Below are positions 14,148 through 27,500 of a stretch of DNA of 64,000 bases, in pieces (the stretch's first letter is position 1; every line of letters starts with the position of its first letter). A program made the position numbers and the translations under genes. The notes beneath the pieces were generated by a model. The model saw nothing but the letters and a program-made list of their open reading frames with translations. It made no database searches and was not told the origin of the DNA. This DNA is from Eledone cirrhosa (taxonomy: Eukaryota): the NCBI GenBank assembly GCA_964016885.1, contig OZ024743.1, forward strand, positions 279,806,001 to 279,870,000, read 5' to 3'.

Positions 14148-14329
14148 AAGGTTCAGCACCCCTGACACTTTTCTTTTTCTATTACCCACTCTCCTACGTA
14201 TCGAGTACTCTGGTACCTGGTTCCATAGCACACAAGTAAGTGACATAGTCACGACTGGAAACCGATAGTGTATGGTCTAAATGTTTTTAATCAAACATAC
14301 GGTATATTGCCAAATATACAATACATACA

Positions 14330-14363
<34 letters not shown>

Positions 14364-14787
14364 TTAGTTAAGCAAAACAAGACCACAAATTTCACAACGA
14401 AGACATTATTAAAAGATTGTCAACATATTTAGTTTGATTTAAGGAATGTAGAGAATAATAATAATAATATTAATAATAAATGTTTCTATTTTAGGCACAA
14501 GGCCAGCAAATACCCAGTACATTACTGGTACTTTATTTTATCGACCCCCATAAGGATGAAAGGCAACGTTAACCTAATGTCCGTTTACAATTGTTTCGCT
14601 ACTCCATATAATATTTCTGGATCAAATGATTATAGATCATTATTGATCTGGTTCAGTTGAAAACAATTAACTTGGGTATAATTAGAGCAGCTCATTGGAA
14701 TTTCAAAAGGAATATATCCCTGTTCTCCTCTCCTATCTATCTCATTTCCTATCTTCATCTCTCTCTGTAAGATTGGTTACTCTTGAA

Positions 14788-14816
<29 letters not shown>

Positions 14817-14818
<2 letters not shown>

Positions 14819-15006
14819 GTAAAATGTATGACCCCGACCGCAGAGCTCAAGCCGTTCGACGGCTATATCAGTCCAGAAATAGCCGTCGAAACGGCTTGAG
14901 CTCTGCCCTCGGGGTCATACCTTTTCCTATTACCCATTCTACTACCGTAAGTATTGAGTAGTCTGGTGCGTATTGGTCCATCTGGTTCATTACCACAATT
15001 CCTTCG

Positions 15007-15009
<3 letters not shown>
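14817..15009 (+). mobile_element. Fold-back element family B copy
   Basis: Palindrome 14817-14929 plus tail homologous to 1640-1840. Confidence 0.65.
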
Positions 15010-15070
<61 letters not shown>

Positions 15071-15080
15071 GTATATATAT

Positions 15081-16542
15081 GTATGGGATCGTTTGACAGT
15101 GCTGAAGTATGCGACTTGGTTGCCCCATTTAGTTTAGACATATTACGTGTCAGATTGCCGGACTTCCAGACAGGAATATACCGCGACGATGGCCTGACCT
15201 TATCGAATCATAAAAGTGGTCACGACCTGGAAGGATTTAAAAAAGATTTAACCTCTACCTTTAATGAGTTAGGACTTAGGATAACAGTAGCTACCAAACA
15301 CTCCAGCGTAGATTTCTTAGACATTAATTTAGACCTTCGCACACACACCTACAACCCTTCCATAAGCTAAATGAAAAACCTAATTACATACACAAGGGCT
15401 CATGCCACCCTTTTAGAAACTTCGTAAATAATATCAGTACTAGAATCTCTAACCTCTCCTCTAATAAGGCTATCTTTGACAGCGCGGCACCCTACTATAA
15501 TACCGCATTAGCTAACAGCAGCTTCTCGCAACCAATTACTTACTCCCCCACTAACAACAACACCAATAAGAAAAGAAATCGTAACAATAGACAAACTATC
15601 TGGTTCTCTCCTCTCTTCTCACTCAACGTTAAAACTAATGTCGGAAAACATTTTTAACCCTCTTAGATAGACACTTTTCCATAGGTCACAAATACCGCTC
15701 CATCTTTAACAGACACAGAGTAAAACTAAGATACTCCTGCGCTAAGAATATGAAGGCCCACATCACCAACAGTCCTAAGAGCGGCTCCCCACCAGGATGA
15801 TCTTGCCGACAGCCTGAAGCTTGTCCCCTTCAATAGCAATGCAACACAACCCGCTGTATTTTATGAGGCTGTGATGACTTCCAACCGACCAAATCCACCA
15901 CAGGAATTCAAATCCTATGTGGGTACGGCGGAGGGCCGATTTAATTAACGCTTCCTGAACAATCAGTCGACCTTTAGGTACCCGGACAAACAATCATCCA
16001 CGAAACTCGCGAGCCACGTATGGTCCCTAAAGGACTCAGGTATAGACTACTCCATTCAATGGAAAGCCATCACTAAGTCCAATCCATACAAAAGGGGCAA
16101 TCTATCGTGTGGACTGTGTATTGAAGAAACAATAAATAGTCTAAGGAGATTACGCAATAGCGATTGCCTAAATTCAAGGTATGAAATCTTCTCATATTGT
16201 CCACATGTCTGGAAACACCTCTTGCATAACTACAAAGCTCCGGATTGAATAACAACAACATTCTAATGTTCTAATCCATTCCAACATCCTTTCCGGACTT
16301 TCGCAATTACCTTTTGCCCGTGGTTTTGCATCGCTTGGGTGAAGTGACCGTTTCTGCGCATGCGCGTTCATAAGGTTGTTCTTACAGTTTCGTATATCCA
16401 CGACCAGTCCGAGCTGAAGATCCGCTAAGAGGAAACAATTGTTATCGGTATGGTGAACTAACTGTTGTGTTACTACTTCTAACAAACTCGTCCCATGGAC
16501 TGAGTGCTCTACCACTACGGATATTAGCTTCCAGTGTTCTAC

Positions 16543-16543
<1 letters not shown>
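15081..16543 (+). pseudogene. 5'-truncated decayed Naiad-type Penelope-like element (RT, GIY-YIG, 3' pLTR)
   Basis: MGSFDSAEVCDLV, GIYRDDG, VDFLDINLDL, IWFSP, xSCRQPEACPL, SYVGT, CGLCIEE..LNSRYE..CPH, stop at ~16248; colinear with the intact ORF at 48990-51233. Confidence 0.9.
16409..16449 (+). ncRNA. Degenerate hammerhead in PLE 3' pLTR
   Basis: ccgag-CTGAAGA-tccgctaagag-GAAAC-aatt-GTTa-tcgg; TGAGTGCT at 16501. Confidence 0.55.
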
Positions 16544-16609
<66 letters not shown>

Positions 16610-16612
<3 letters not shown>

Positions 16613-16770
16613 CTGTATGTGGTTGACAGCTGAGAGAAAAGAGTACTCAATACCTAAATTGAGATTTAATATTCATTTTCTAAAGGTTAAATAGTGAGTC
16701 TTGTTATACTGTGATAAACAGGCGAAACACCAGATTAACAAGACTCACTATTTAGCCTTAATAAAATGGA
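16610..16770. mobile_element. Fold-back pLTR tip (family C) with the 3' half of an HHR
   Basis: Arms ~16673-16706 / 16736-16768; homolog with a complete HHR at 59650-59821. Confidence 0.75.
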
Positions 16771-16776
16771 TATATA

Positions 16777-16902
<126 letters not shown>

Positions 16903-17560
16903 TTTGCGCGCGCGTCTGTGCGCGTGTCTCTGTATGTGCATGTGTCTGCATATATATATATTATTTTAAGTGAAAACAAAAGATAATACATCAAATCATT
17001 TTAGTAACTTACACATTCGTTTCAACTTTCACGTGCGACCAGCTGCGTGATTTGCAGATCGATTAATTAAATTGTGATGTGCAGATTAATTAATTACTAC
17101 ATCAAATTAGTAAATCAGTTGTAATCAGTTAAAATCAAAGTATCACCAGGAAATCGATATAAGACTTGGGGAAGGCATGTCCCAAAGAAAAGTGCATACC
17201 ACATCACGGTCAATAATATATATCAAGAAATCTTTTTTAAAAAAGCATTCATATGCAAGGCTGTTGTTTAGAAAGGTGAAGTATACCATTAGTTTGTTTT
17301 AAACATCTTGGGATTAGAATAGAATATCGATAGCAATAAAAGCTCGACGTTATAGTATAGTTTAAATGAATAAGCAGACATATATATTTTAACTTACTAA
17401 ATTCTATTTTTTCCTTTTTTGCCTAAACATTTTTTAATAAGAATAACATTATTTTTACAAAATAAACATCCAACAGCGGTGTTAAGCGGAAATCTTATAT
17501 AGTAAGAGAAATTGTTTATTAGAGGTGCATATAAACATAAACATATGATTTTATGTTGAG

Positions 17561-17595
<35 letters not shown>

Positions 17596-17596
<1 letters not shown>

Positions 17597-17865
17597 TAAT
17601 AATAATAAATGTGAAGACTAAAATTCGAAGATGGCTCGATAAAAATAATATATAAAACCGTAGAGCAAATATTTATTAAAATAACAGATTATAGTTTAAG
17701 CAACGAATCGCTGCTTTCACCCTTAACGGGATCCTCTGAAACTAAAAAAAAAATCTCTCTGTGAACGCAGAAGCAAATATTTCTAAAAGCGTTGCTAGAA
17801 TACGATATTTAGTTCGTGAAGACGTTCCCCCGCAATGAATGGAAAAACGCGTAGATAATACGTCG
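17596..17865 (-). mobile_element. PLE pLTR-like repeat family D
   Basis: Homologous to 18418-18620, 42716-42917, 62286-62476 and 63755-64000; 3' end runs into (TA)n. Confidence 0.8.
17693..17743 (-). ncRNA. Hammerhead variant, core CAGAGGA (U4A)
   Basis: AGTTT-CAGAGGA-tCCC gttaa GGGt-GAAA-GCAG cgattcg TTGC-TT^AAACT. Confidence 0.7.
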
Positions 17866-18069
17866 TTATGTGGAGCGTAGGAACAATATCACGCAAAGAC
17901 AAAATCACATTTATGAAATAAATGGAGTCATCAGACAAATATTCTATTTAGGAAAGCGAATGATTCTCAATTCCAGAGTTTAAGAATAATGTAAATTTGT
18001 AGAACGAAAATGACAGAGGTTATTTATATCGTAAGTAAGTAATAATAATTACGATATAGGCCAGTACAT

Positions 18070-18146
<77 letters not shown>

Positions 18147-18149
<3 letters not shown>

Positions 18150-19305
18150 CTGTAGTTGTCTGTGTGTGTGTCTTCTTTTTGCAAAGTCTATACAAATCCA
18201 CATTTCTACTCCGATTGACTTCAAACTTGCTGTCTAAAGATATTAACTGCGGTCTAAATATATTAATTGTGGTCTAAAGATATTAAATGCAGTTTTATTT
18301 TTCAATTGTCTGTTCTTAAAGGAGTGTTAGGCGCCAGTTATCCATCTCCGTCGCGCTCTTATAATATCTGACTGTATGCCCGGTTGTCTGCATTACGACA
18401 TTCTGACGAACATTGATGACGTATTATGTTCGCTATTTTCCGTTCATTGCCAGGGAACGTCTTCACGAACCAAAGTATCGTATTCCTGGTTTCCTTCGGT
18501 TGCAACGTTTTTCGAAATATTTACTTATGCGTTCACAGATTGATTTTTTTAGTTTCAGAAGATCCGGTTAAGGTTGAAAGCAGTGATTCTTTGCTTAAAC
18601 TTTAATTTGTTATTTGAATATATAATATAAGCGAGGCAAGCCAGCCCAGTTGCACTTCTTGCCAATAAACATTAACCCTTTGTGCGCCATTCATCTAACT
18701 GTAGACCAACAAATACCAACTAAACGGAGCATTGACAAGAACGATTGCAAATGAATCTTCGAGGTAAACAGTTTCCTCCCGAGCTGTTAGTTCACGCGGG
18801 ATTCTCTGCTACACCTTTTCGTAATAATACCGGGCAACATACTGCTGGTCAGTACTTCCTTCAAAAGCCGTACAAAGCGGACATGTGAATCGGATAGATG
18901 GATCGGGTGCAAATCTACACCAGGCAAGGGACTGCACTGACAGGGATAGAGAGAAAGAGTAACTTAGTGGAAAAAGTTCGAATGAACTTTTGAAGTAAGT
19001 AGCGTAAGCCTTACTGCTATGACACTGGAACCTTCTGCCAACTTAACCTGTGACCTTTTTCTTTCACATTTACTCTAAACGGCCAAAACAGAGGAGTATG
19101 AAAAGAAGGGGCTCAACAATATTTCTATGAACAATGCACGTAGAGAGCTAAACTGTACTTTCAACTTCTTAATTTTCTCCAAATAAAACAATTTTCCTGC
19201 GGTATATATTCGTGAGTTTTTAACAGGCACTCACAAATAAACGTTTCTCATTGGAGGTGCTATTACCAATGTTCTTACCCGTGCAACGCCGGGATACACT
19301 GCTAG
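18147..19305 (+). mobile_element. Non-autonomous Helitron
   Basis: 3' hairpin CCCGtgcaacgcCGGG (19278-19293) then CTAG (19302-19305) followed by T; Helitron-like 5' (TA)n..tgtgtg..ccgattgacttcaaa. Confidence 0.65.
18551..18601 (+). ncRNA. Hammerhead variant, core CAGAAGA (U4A), inside the Helitron
   Basis: AGTTT-CAGAAGA-tccggttaaggtt-GAAA-GCAG tgattct TTGC-TT^AAACT. Confidence 0.65.
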
Positions 19306-19323
19306 TATATATATATATATATC

Positions 19324-19660
19324 TAAGGCGGGTAAAGTTCCCGAGATCCATGGACGAGTTCTCTCCAGCGGTCTCTGTCCCTCATTATCGCTGCCATGTC
19401 CTGCGTCTCCAACAGACCAGTGTCTGTCCTTAGGGCATCAACATACGTTAACCTTGGTCGTCCTCTTCTAGTGTGTCCATGTAGGGGCTCCCAAAGGAGC
19501 ACTGATGTCGGTGAGCATGTCCAGCTAACCTCAGTCTCCTCTGTGTCACTTTTGAGCTGACTTTTGGGATGCTCCCATACAGCTCTGAGTTTTTCATCCT
19601 CAGTATATACTGATTAATGTTCAGAGCCATCCTCAGCATTCTCGTGTAGCACCCATCCAT
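19324..19660 (-). pseudogene. RTE-clade LINE 3' fragment
   Basis: DGCYTRMLRMALNI..LYGSIPKVS..RRLRLAGHAHRH; similar 3' tips (..GGGTAAAGT..CCCG) at 31078-31165. Confidence 0.75.
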
Positions 19661-20288
19661 ATATACCCCACTCTCAAGAGCGTGAAACTAATAAACCTTT
19701 GTTCGTACTGCCTCTCTGTTTTGTTCCCGTTCAATTTTTAACTATATATATATATATAAATATAAATTAGGGAGAACCGTATTTCCGCACAGGAATTAAC
19801 GAAAATAAACATCCGATATGTGTGGCAAGCGCTCAATGATTCATGTGAATCCGAGCTACAACATACAATATATGTGTTGATACTTTCCCGGACCCTGGAC
19901 TGATGGTAAAATCCAGTATTGGTTTCTGCGACTCCAAAATCAGGTACTGTCCGCTTCCATAAAAAATGTCTGGCTTCAGGTAAGATGATGAACAAGGAAG
20001 TCGTGTTATCAACGGGTTTTGTTCTAGGATGCTATAGAAAGTGTGTCTATTACTGACCCCACATGGAGTTCAGCAAGGGAGGCAACACCTCTATTTTGCG
20101 AATGATTCAGTTGTGTATAATATTGCGAGAATGCAAAATATCACAAATCGAATAAAGCTCTCGACAGAATAGTTAAATATAACAGAGCTATTCAACAGTC
20201 AATAGAAGCAACTAAAACAACCAATAAAATTAACTGGTCAATAGCTAGACTCTGGAGATTAATACATATATATATATATATAATATAT

Positions 20289-20335
<47 letters not shown>

Positions 20336-20338
<3 letters not shown>

Positions 20339-21015
20339 TTAAGGTGGTTCTATGGTAATAATTTGATATACCAGAACTTAATATCGAGATAAGCAGAACA
20401 AGTAAAATTCAACCAATTTTTCAAAATAAATCAAAATTAATATACAATTAAAATTAATCAAAATTAAAAAATATAATATAAATATTTACCTATTCAAATG
20501 GCCCTAACTGTACAGTTTCACGGTGCAAAACATTAAATATCACGAGGATATTATATATTTCCGGGGGTACATTGTACCCTCAGATATATATTAACCTTAT
20601 TCAATAATCTCCAGTATGTAGAGATACAAATTTGTCGTTCTATTTAGTTACTAAAAATCTTTTTTTAGTGGCGATTATAGACGGCGAGTCTACGATTTCC
20701 CGCCTTCACTATACACCAATGTATTTACGGGTCACTTTCACGACCTTTTAGACCTGTATTAGTTGGAGTGAGGTCATATATTTTGTCGTTCCTGGGGTTT
20801 TTAACCCTAGGACAGGAAAATGCTTCTCTGATGATCGTTGCTTTTCCATTAATATCCTCGTGATATTTAATGTTTTGCACCGTGAAACTGTACAGTTAGG
20901 GCCATTTGAATAGGTAAATATTTATATTATATTTTTTAATTTTGATTAATTTTAATTGTATATTAATTTTGATTTATTTTGAAAAATTGGTTGAATTTTA
21001 CTTGTTCTGCTTATC

Positions 21016-21022
<7 letters not shown>
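20336..21022. mobile_element. Head-to-head fold-back pLTR element
   Basis: Near-perfect ~173-bp arms 20381-20553 / 20850-21022, ~300-bp spacer, TA-flanked. Confidence 0.85.
20824..20901 (+). ncRNA. Type I hammerhead with extended stem II
   Basis: ttct-CTGATGA-[tcgttgc..cattaatatc ctcgt gatatttaatg..gcaccgt]-GAAA-CTGTACAG-TT^aggg. Confidence 0.75.
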
Positions 21023-21072
<50 letters not shown>

Positions 21073-21133
21073 GCGTGCATACACGAATACGCACGCCACA
21101 CATACATATACACGCACATACGCATAAACACAG

Positions 21134-21211
<78 letters not shown>

Positions 21212-21237
21212 CTATATGTATATATAATATATGTATA

Positions 21238-21324
<87 letters not shown>

Positions 21325-21904
21325 ATGTTTGTGTGCGGTGTGTGTGTCAATATACATATATAATGATACGGTCATGTATACGAAATCAATTGCAAATCCG
21401 AATTTCATATATCATATATTAATAACTAAACTAATTAAACAATATTCAGATAATTCACGTTCACTGTCAAGAGCTGAATATTAGAAAATGCACACTGAAT
21501 ACTCTATATTTTTTGAAAGCCCCTTTACTTTTTATCTATGATCGTCTGCAGCCTAGAGATTCATATAAATTAATAATTATTTATTGTATATCTATAGATT
21601 TTCTTTCACAGTTTTCGTTTGATCTTGTTCATGCCTTCCAATGATTTGTTTTTATGTCATGTTTTTTGTCTGTTATATTCTTGTTACACATGTGTATTGT
21701 TTATTGCAAAGCACTGTTTTTTTTTATCACTGTTACACATATTGAGATAGTGTAGTCTTATCCATTAAATCACGAAACAGTGATGACATCTTGTGACGGT
21801 TAGTTGATGATGGGAATTTCGGTGTATGCGTGTCCGCGGTTTCCGTTCGTTTTACTTTCGGTGTGCTGCTTTCTTGTTGAGTTTGTTTCGTTTACTGTCT
21901 TTCT

Positions 21905-22500
21905 CCCTATATGGCGGCACTCCTCCGGTTACGACGACGAGTGTTCCAGTTGATCCAATCAATAGAACAGTGCGCTCGTGAAATTAGCGTGCAAGTGGCT
22001 GAGCATTCCATAGACACGCGCACCCATAACTTAGTTTTCAGGTATATTCATTGTGACACAAATTGTGGCTGGGCCTTCATAGTGGACCTACAGGTAAAAC
22101 TAATTTTTGCCAGCTAAGTGTACTGGAACAACGTGAAATAAATTATCTTCCTCAAGGACACAACGCGCCACCAATATAGGGTCACGACAGACTATGGGTT
22201 TTGAACTTAGAAAGACACCGGGCTGAGGCCCGGGAGCTATGTTTTTGAGGAAGACCAACAATCGCACATGCAGTCTTGTCTCCCCTCCCCACGCGTCCGA
22301 AGATATCCAAGAGAAAGGAAAATGCGAATGCAGCTTGGCACTAATGACGTTGCAAATCATTTCTTCAGTTGAGTGAACTTGAGCAACATAAAATAAAGTC
22401 TCTTACAGAAAGATACAACGTACCATCCGGCCCAGAATCGAACTCAGAACCTCATGATCGTGAACCCAACGCTCTAACCCCTGAGGCACGCGCCTTCACA
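21905..22500 (-). mobile_element. Long tRNA-derived SINE
   Basis: Minus-strand head GAAGGCGCGTG..GGTTAGAGCG..GAGTTCGATTC (A/B boxes); body similar to 61750-62030 and 32320-32470. Confidence 0.7.
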
Positions 22501-22663
22501 CACACGTTTATATATATATACACACACAAACACATATATATATATACACACATATATATATATAATATGTATGTATATATACATATATAAATATATATAT
22601 ATATATATGTTTGTGTTTGTGTGTGTGTATATGTTTGTGTGTGTGTGTTTGTGTGTATGTGTG

Positions 22664-22697
<34 letters not shown>

Positions 22698-24423
22698 CGT
22701 GTGTATGTGTGTGTGTGTATTCATAGTTCTGTGCGTGTAGCTACTATATAGCCATGTGTGTGTTTGTAATCATAAGAAGAACCTGCGAAAGAGTGAAAAA
22801 TAAACAAACTAAATTTGTGAGAACGAGAGAATTATTTATAGATTTGTTGATTAGACATCAAAGATATAGAGACTTGCAAATAAAAATGTAGGCACATTTT
22901 CCAATAAAAAGAGCACACAGTTTGTGTTTTCTAATTACCCAATTGAAACGTTGTATAAATCAAGATGACACACGAAACCTCGACTTCTATGAGAAAAGAA
23001 TACCAACCAAATGACTTAGTACGTGGGAACGACAGTAAGAGAGGTAGGGAGAGAGAGGGAGAGAGAGAGGGGCGATAGAGAGAGAGGGAGAGAGAGGGAG
23101 AGAGAGGGGGAGAGAGAGAAAGGATGAGAATGTCTGTGAGTGTTGTCTAAATTTATAATGAGAATAGCGTAAATGAAAGAAAAAACATCATGGATAAACT
23201 TTCTGTAAACGAATATTAGTAGTGCAACTTTTTAAACTTTCAGCTGGTGGGACATTCAGAATTCAATAGCAAGAATAAGAATGAGCTGCGTCAACGCTGA
23301 GCTAGTGCGCCTAAATGGGTAAATGGTTAAGTACACCTCGGGTGGATTTGAACGTGGAACGCAAAAAGCAGGAACACATAATGCAATGCATATTATCTAC
23401 CATTCTAATATATATATATATGTGTGTGTGTGTCTGTGTATGTGTGTGTGTGTGTATGTACGTGTCTCTGTGTGCGTGTGTGTATGTGTATGTGTGTGTT
23501 TATGTGTGTGTACAGAGAGGCAGAGAGAAAGAGAAGGTGAGAGATTGATGTTGTCTTTTTCTTTTCCTGCTTTTGCCTGCCTATCACTCTTCACTATGTA
23601 GGAAAATCACATTCCAAAGATATGTAGAATGGGAAAATTAGAATTGAAAAGGTCGTGCAGGCCAAAATTTGGTTATCATCTTAACTTAACCCGCTATTGT
23701 TTTGGCTGATGGGAGAATCGCTGGCTTAACAACAAGAATTCTATAAGTGTTATATTCAGTTAGATTAATCAGATTCATAGTTGGTTGAACACAACGTCTC
23801 ATTCTCCTGTCCATTCTTTACTCCTCTTAAAATAAAAATACTAACAGTGGAGACGTTTGACGGAAGATGCTGGAAATCATTCGGTTGAATAACTATTCAA
23901 CAGGACTTGTTTCCGATGACATCCAAAAGGTTACGGACAGCGTTACTGGCGTAACTGATAGCGTAGAACGAAGGAATTGACGTTTTCTTATAGGAGGAAA
24001 CACCTCACAAAAGAGAATGCTTCGAAATTGTTGCTGTTTGGCAGTTTACTCTTTCAAAGTAAAGCGCAATTATTTCTAAATAGATGTTAATTTCTCCGTT
24101 TTGTGATCAATTTTGTAGCATCATGTACATTTGTCTTCCGATTTGATCAAGTATCAGGTGAAAAGAGCAATCCTCTTCTCATTGTTTAAATTATATCAAA
24201 CACGTAGACAGACACGCAGGCAGGCAGGCACGCAGGCACGCTCATACATAGCTAAAATGGTAAGCACAAATAGAAATACATATATTCATGTGTAATTAGA
24301 TGCACGTGTTTTTGTGTATAAAAGCCATTAAAACTTATATGTACATACATATGCAAACACATACCCCCACACATATATGAATATGTGTGTATATATGAAC
24401 ATAAACACATATATACAATTACG

Positions 24424-24457
<34 letters not shown>

Positions 24458-24557
24458 CAAACATACATATATATATATATGTATGTATATATATATATAT
24501 ATACATATATGTACATATATATATATATATATTGCTAAAACAATCTCTATACGTCTC

Positions 24558-24598
<41 letters not shown>

Positions 24599-27500
24599 AT
24601 GTGTGTATATATATATACATATGTATACATATATATGTGTGTGTGTCTGTGTGTATGTACATATAAATATGTACATAGATGCATACATATATTTAAACAC
24701 TTACTCATACACACATGCACATACAAACGGATCGTTCTTCTAACAAAAGCCGCGAGAGTAGTGTGATTAAGCTGATTAATCAATCATACATTATTATACT
24801 CGATAGATCAGGTTTGTTACATGCCACATCCAATCGAAGAATATAAAGAAATTGTTGTATCTTCAGAGCAGTTCTCCTTCACTGATTATCACAATTCTAA
24901 ATAAAGATGAAAGAGCCATTGTTAGCAATATTATGTGTTTGCTATTGTATATGGACACAAGATAAAACGGAATATGGGATTTAATTTGGATATGGTCTTG
25001 TTGTCTTGGCTCATATGAAAAGATTTTGACCTGATAACTGAAACTATCAAAGGAATTTTAACTTTTCATCCTTCCCTCCATCAATGCGTGGTTTCATATT
25101 ATATCCTTTGCAGTTCTGCCAAATATACTCAGGCTTGGCAGTCCCTTTACCTCTATACCTTGTTGAATGATATATATAAAGAGAAGTTAGTACAAAAGAA
25201 GGAACGTCGCGAATGTCTTTATTTTGCCCTAGCCATTAATTAGTAGACGCTGTGTGTTCATAAATATCTCATACCATATTACACCAGTGAATTTATGTTA
25301 CCACATTTAAATATGGGGACATTAAAAACTAATTAGATATAATGATTTTTTTACCATAAATTCTATATAAAGTCGTAGTGGCTCCATCGTGTCATATGAA
25401 GTCTTGAACTTTTACAATTGACAAAGCTCAAACTTCTACGGGTATGATCAGGTCATATGTCCCCTAGAACATAAGGAGGAACAAAGAGAGGATGCGGGAG
25501 GGATAGCTAAAATAAGAATCAACATCAATACAAAAATAGTATTTTATTGTTTGACACCAAAACTATGAATGGTAATGTTAACCCCAGAATGAGTTGAACT
25601 CGCAGACAGGAGATAGACGGAATAAATATCCCCAATTATTCTATCCAGAAATAGCAGCACAACCACCTTCATGTCTCATCTTTTCGATTTATCAAGTGAG
25701 ATCTCATTGATTGGCCACAACTATAACATATTTGATGTCTACTTGATAAAGTCTTATCTGAAGCTAAACAACAACAAATATTTAAATCTCCATTTTCCTG
25801 ACTGAGTTATTCTTGAATTAAAGCGTCTGTAAAAATGAAGGTATATTTCTATCGAAACAAAACACTAAAGGTTTTGTTACAATTATTTTTTTATATGCGT
25901 TATTTTTGGTAAATCGTATTTTATAAATCATTTTAACAGTTTCCTATAGTGGAAATGGTATATCTGAATTGTCAAACATATTATTTCTGGTGTTCTCACC
26001 ATGGTATTTCTAAACCAGTATTCTTAATTTGAAAGGAAAACTTGCTCTTTTTCTATCGGTTAATCATAGACACAGAGGTAGTGACCATGACTTTTCGTGA
26101 CCTTCGAAACAAGAGGGTGCTGTTAAGAAAGTAATTTACAAACTTAAGACCTGGGTCGAATACCTTCACTGAATGTATTCCGATAAAGCACCCAAAGACC
26201 AGGCGGTGGTGTTAAAGCAGGCGACGACTTAAGACTAACACCACCCCAAGGAGCCGCCAGAGGAATTTAGACACAAAAGGCAAAGAGGCGAAACAAACTT
26301 CGCAAGACATCCATTACAACTTTCTAACAACTCCGCTATACTGATGAGCAAGATTAATACTTTGTTTGGCGATCCCGAAAGGAAGAAAGGTACATTGAAT
26401 GCAACATACATTTTTTAAAGAAGCTATTGGACAGAAGTTACATATGTGTCACTAAAACCTGGAAAACTAAATTAAGAAATATGTAAAGCAAATAACTGTG
26501 AACGAAGAAAGAGTTGTAAAGAATTATTCTATCACATGAAAAGCTCTTGTGTTAGATGTCAACCATACGGAAACTCAAATTTCAAATACTAGATTCTGGC
26601 AATGGAAGTTACACTGGCTCTAGATTTGAAACTGATGATATAGCAGAAAACATTTCGTATTGAGACATGACTTAATTTTCGTTACGAAACATTAAAATTG
26701 TTATGAGTTATATTACATTATGTTTGTCTGTGTTAGACGTTTTGTTAGTGTTACCATATTTTGCATATGTAAATTGTTTTACATAGTTTTCGTTCTCTTC
26801 AATACTGTGATATCGTTATGCTTGGATACTCTTCTGTACACATGCTATTTCTCCTATTTAAACATGTTCAAAATTAAAGTTGTTTATAAATGTTCCATGT
26901 TTATAACATTTCCACTCCATATTGTCCTTTTTCATCATTCAGATTTTTGTAACTGAAGTGAAAACATTTTTTTAATTTAAATTTTGTTTTATTCAATACA
27001 TCTTGATATATTATAATTTTCTGAGATATTAATTTGCTTTGAGGCATGTGTAAATCTCTACGTTATTTTTCTAACGCTTCTATATGAAAAAAGATCAACT
27101 TAGCATATTCAGACAGTTAGCAATGGAAGAGGGCGGCTGATTCTATTTATATATGTGATAATACATTCGTTTATTAATAAAGGCCGCGAGAATGAGTACT
27201 CACAACCGAAGTAGATTTTAAGTGTGATAAAATATTTGGTACATAAAATACATTTCCTCATTTTATAATAACTAGAAGTAGAATACAGTCAGCTCCTTTT
27301 ATTCATAAGATTATTAATGAATGTGTACATAAACACAATGAGAAATTTTATTTAGTCCAAAGAAAGCCCAGCACACTCTAATCTCTGGTACACAGACAGA
27401 CTGCCGCCTCCCTCCTCTCCTTGTATTGCTGAGAGTGGACCCTGTTCATCACAGGTAGCTTGTCTCCTGCTATTTCACGTCATGCAATTCCGTTTCCTCT

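Noticed and set aside
22410-22500. tRNA-like sequences (also 38457-38530)
   Set aside because: SINE heads continuing into repeat bodies; no full cloverleaf
26335-26400. CTGATGA...CGAAA
   Set aside because: No closing stem II or stem I; likely chance within decayed LINE-like sequence
26630-26665. CTGATGA-tatagca-GAAA
   Set aside because: Stems too weak
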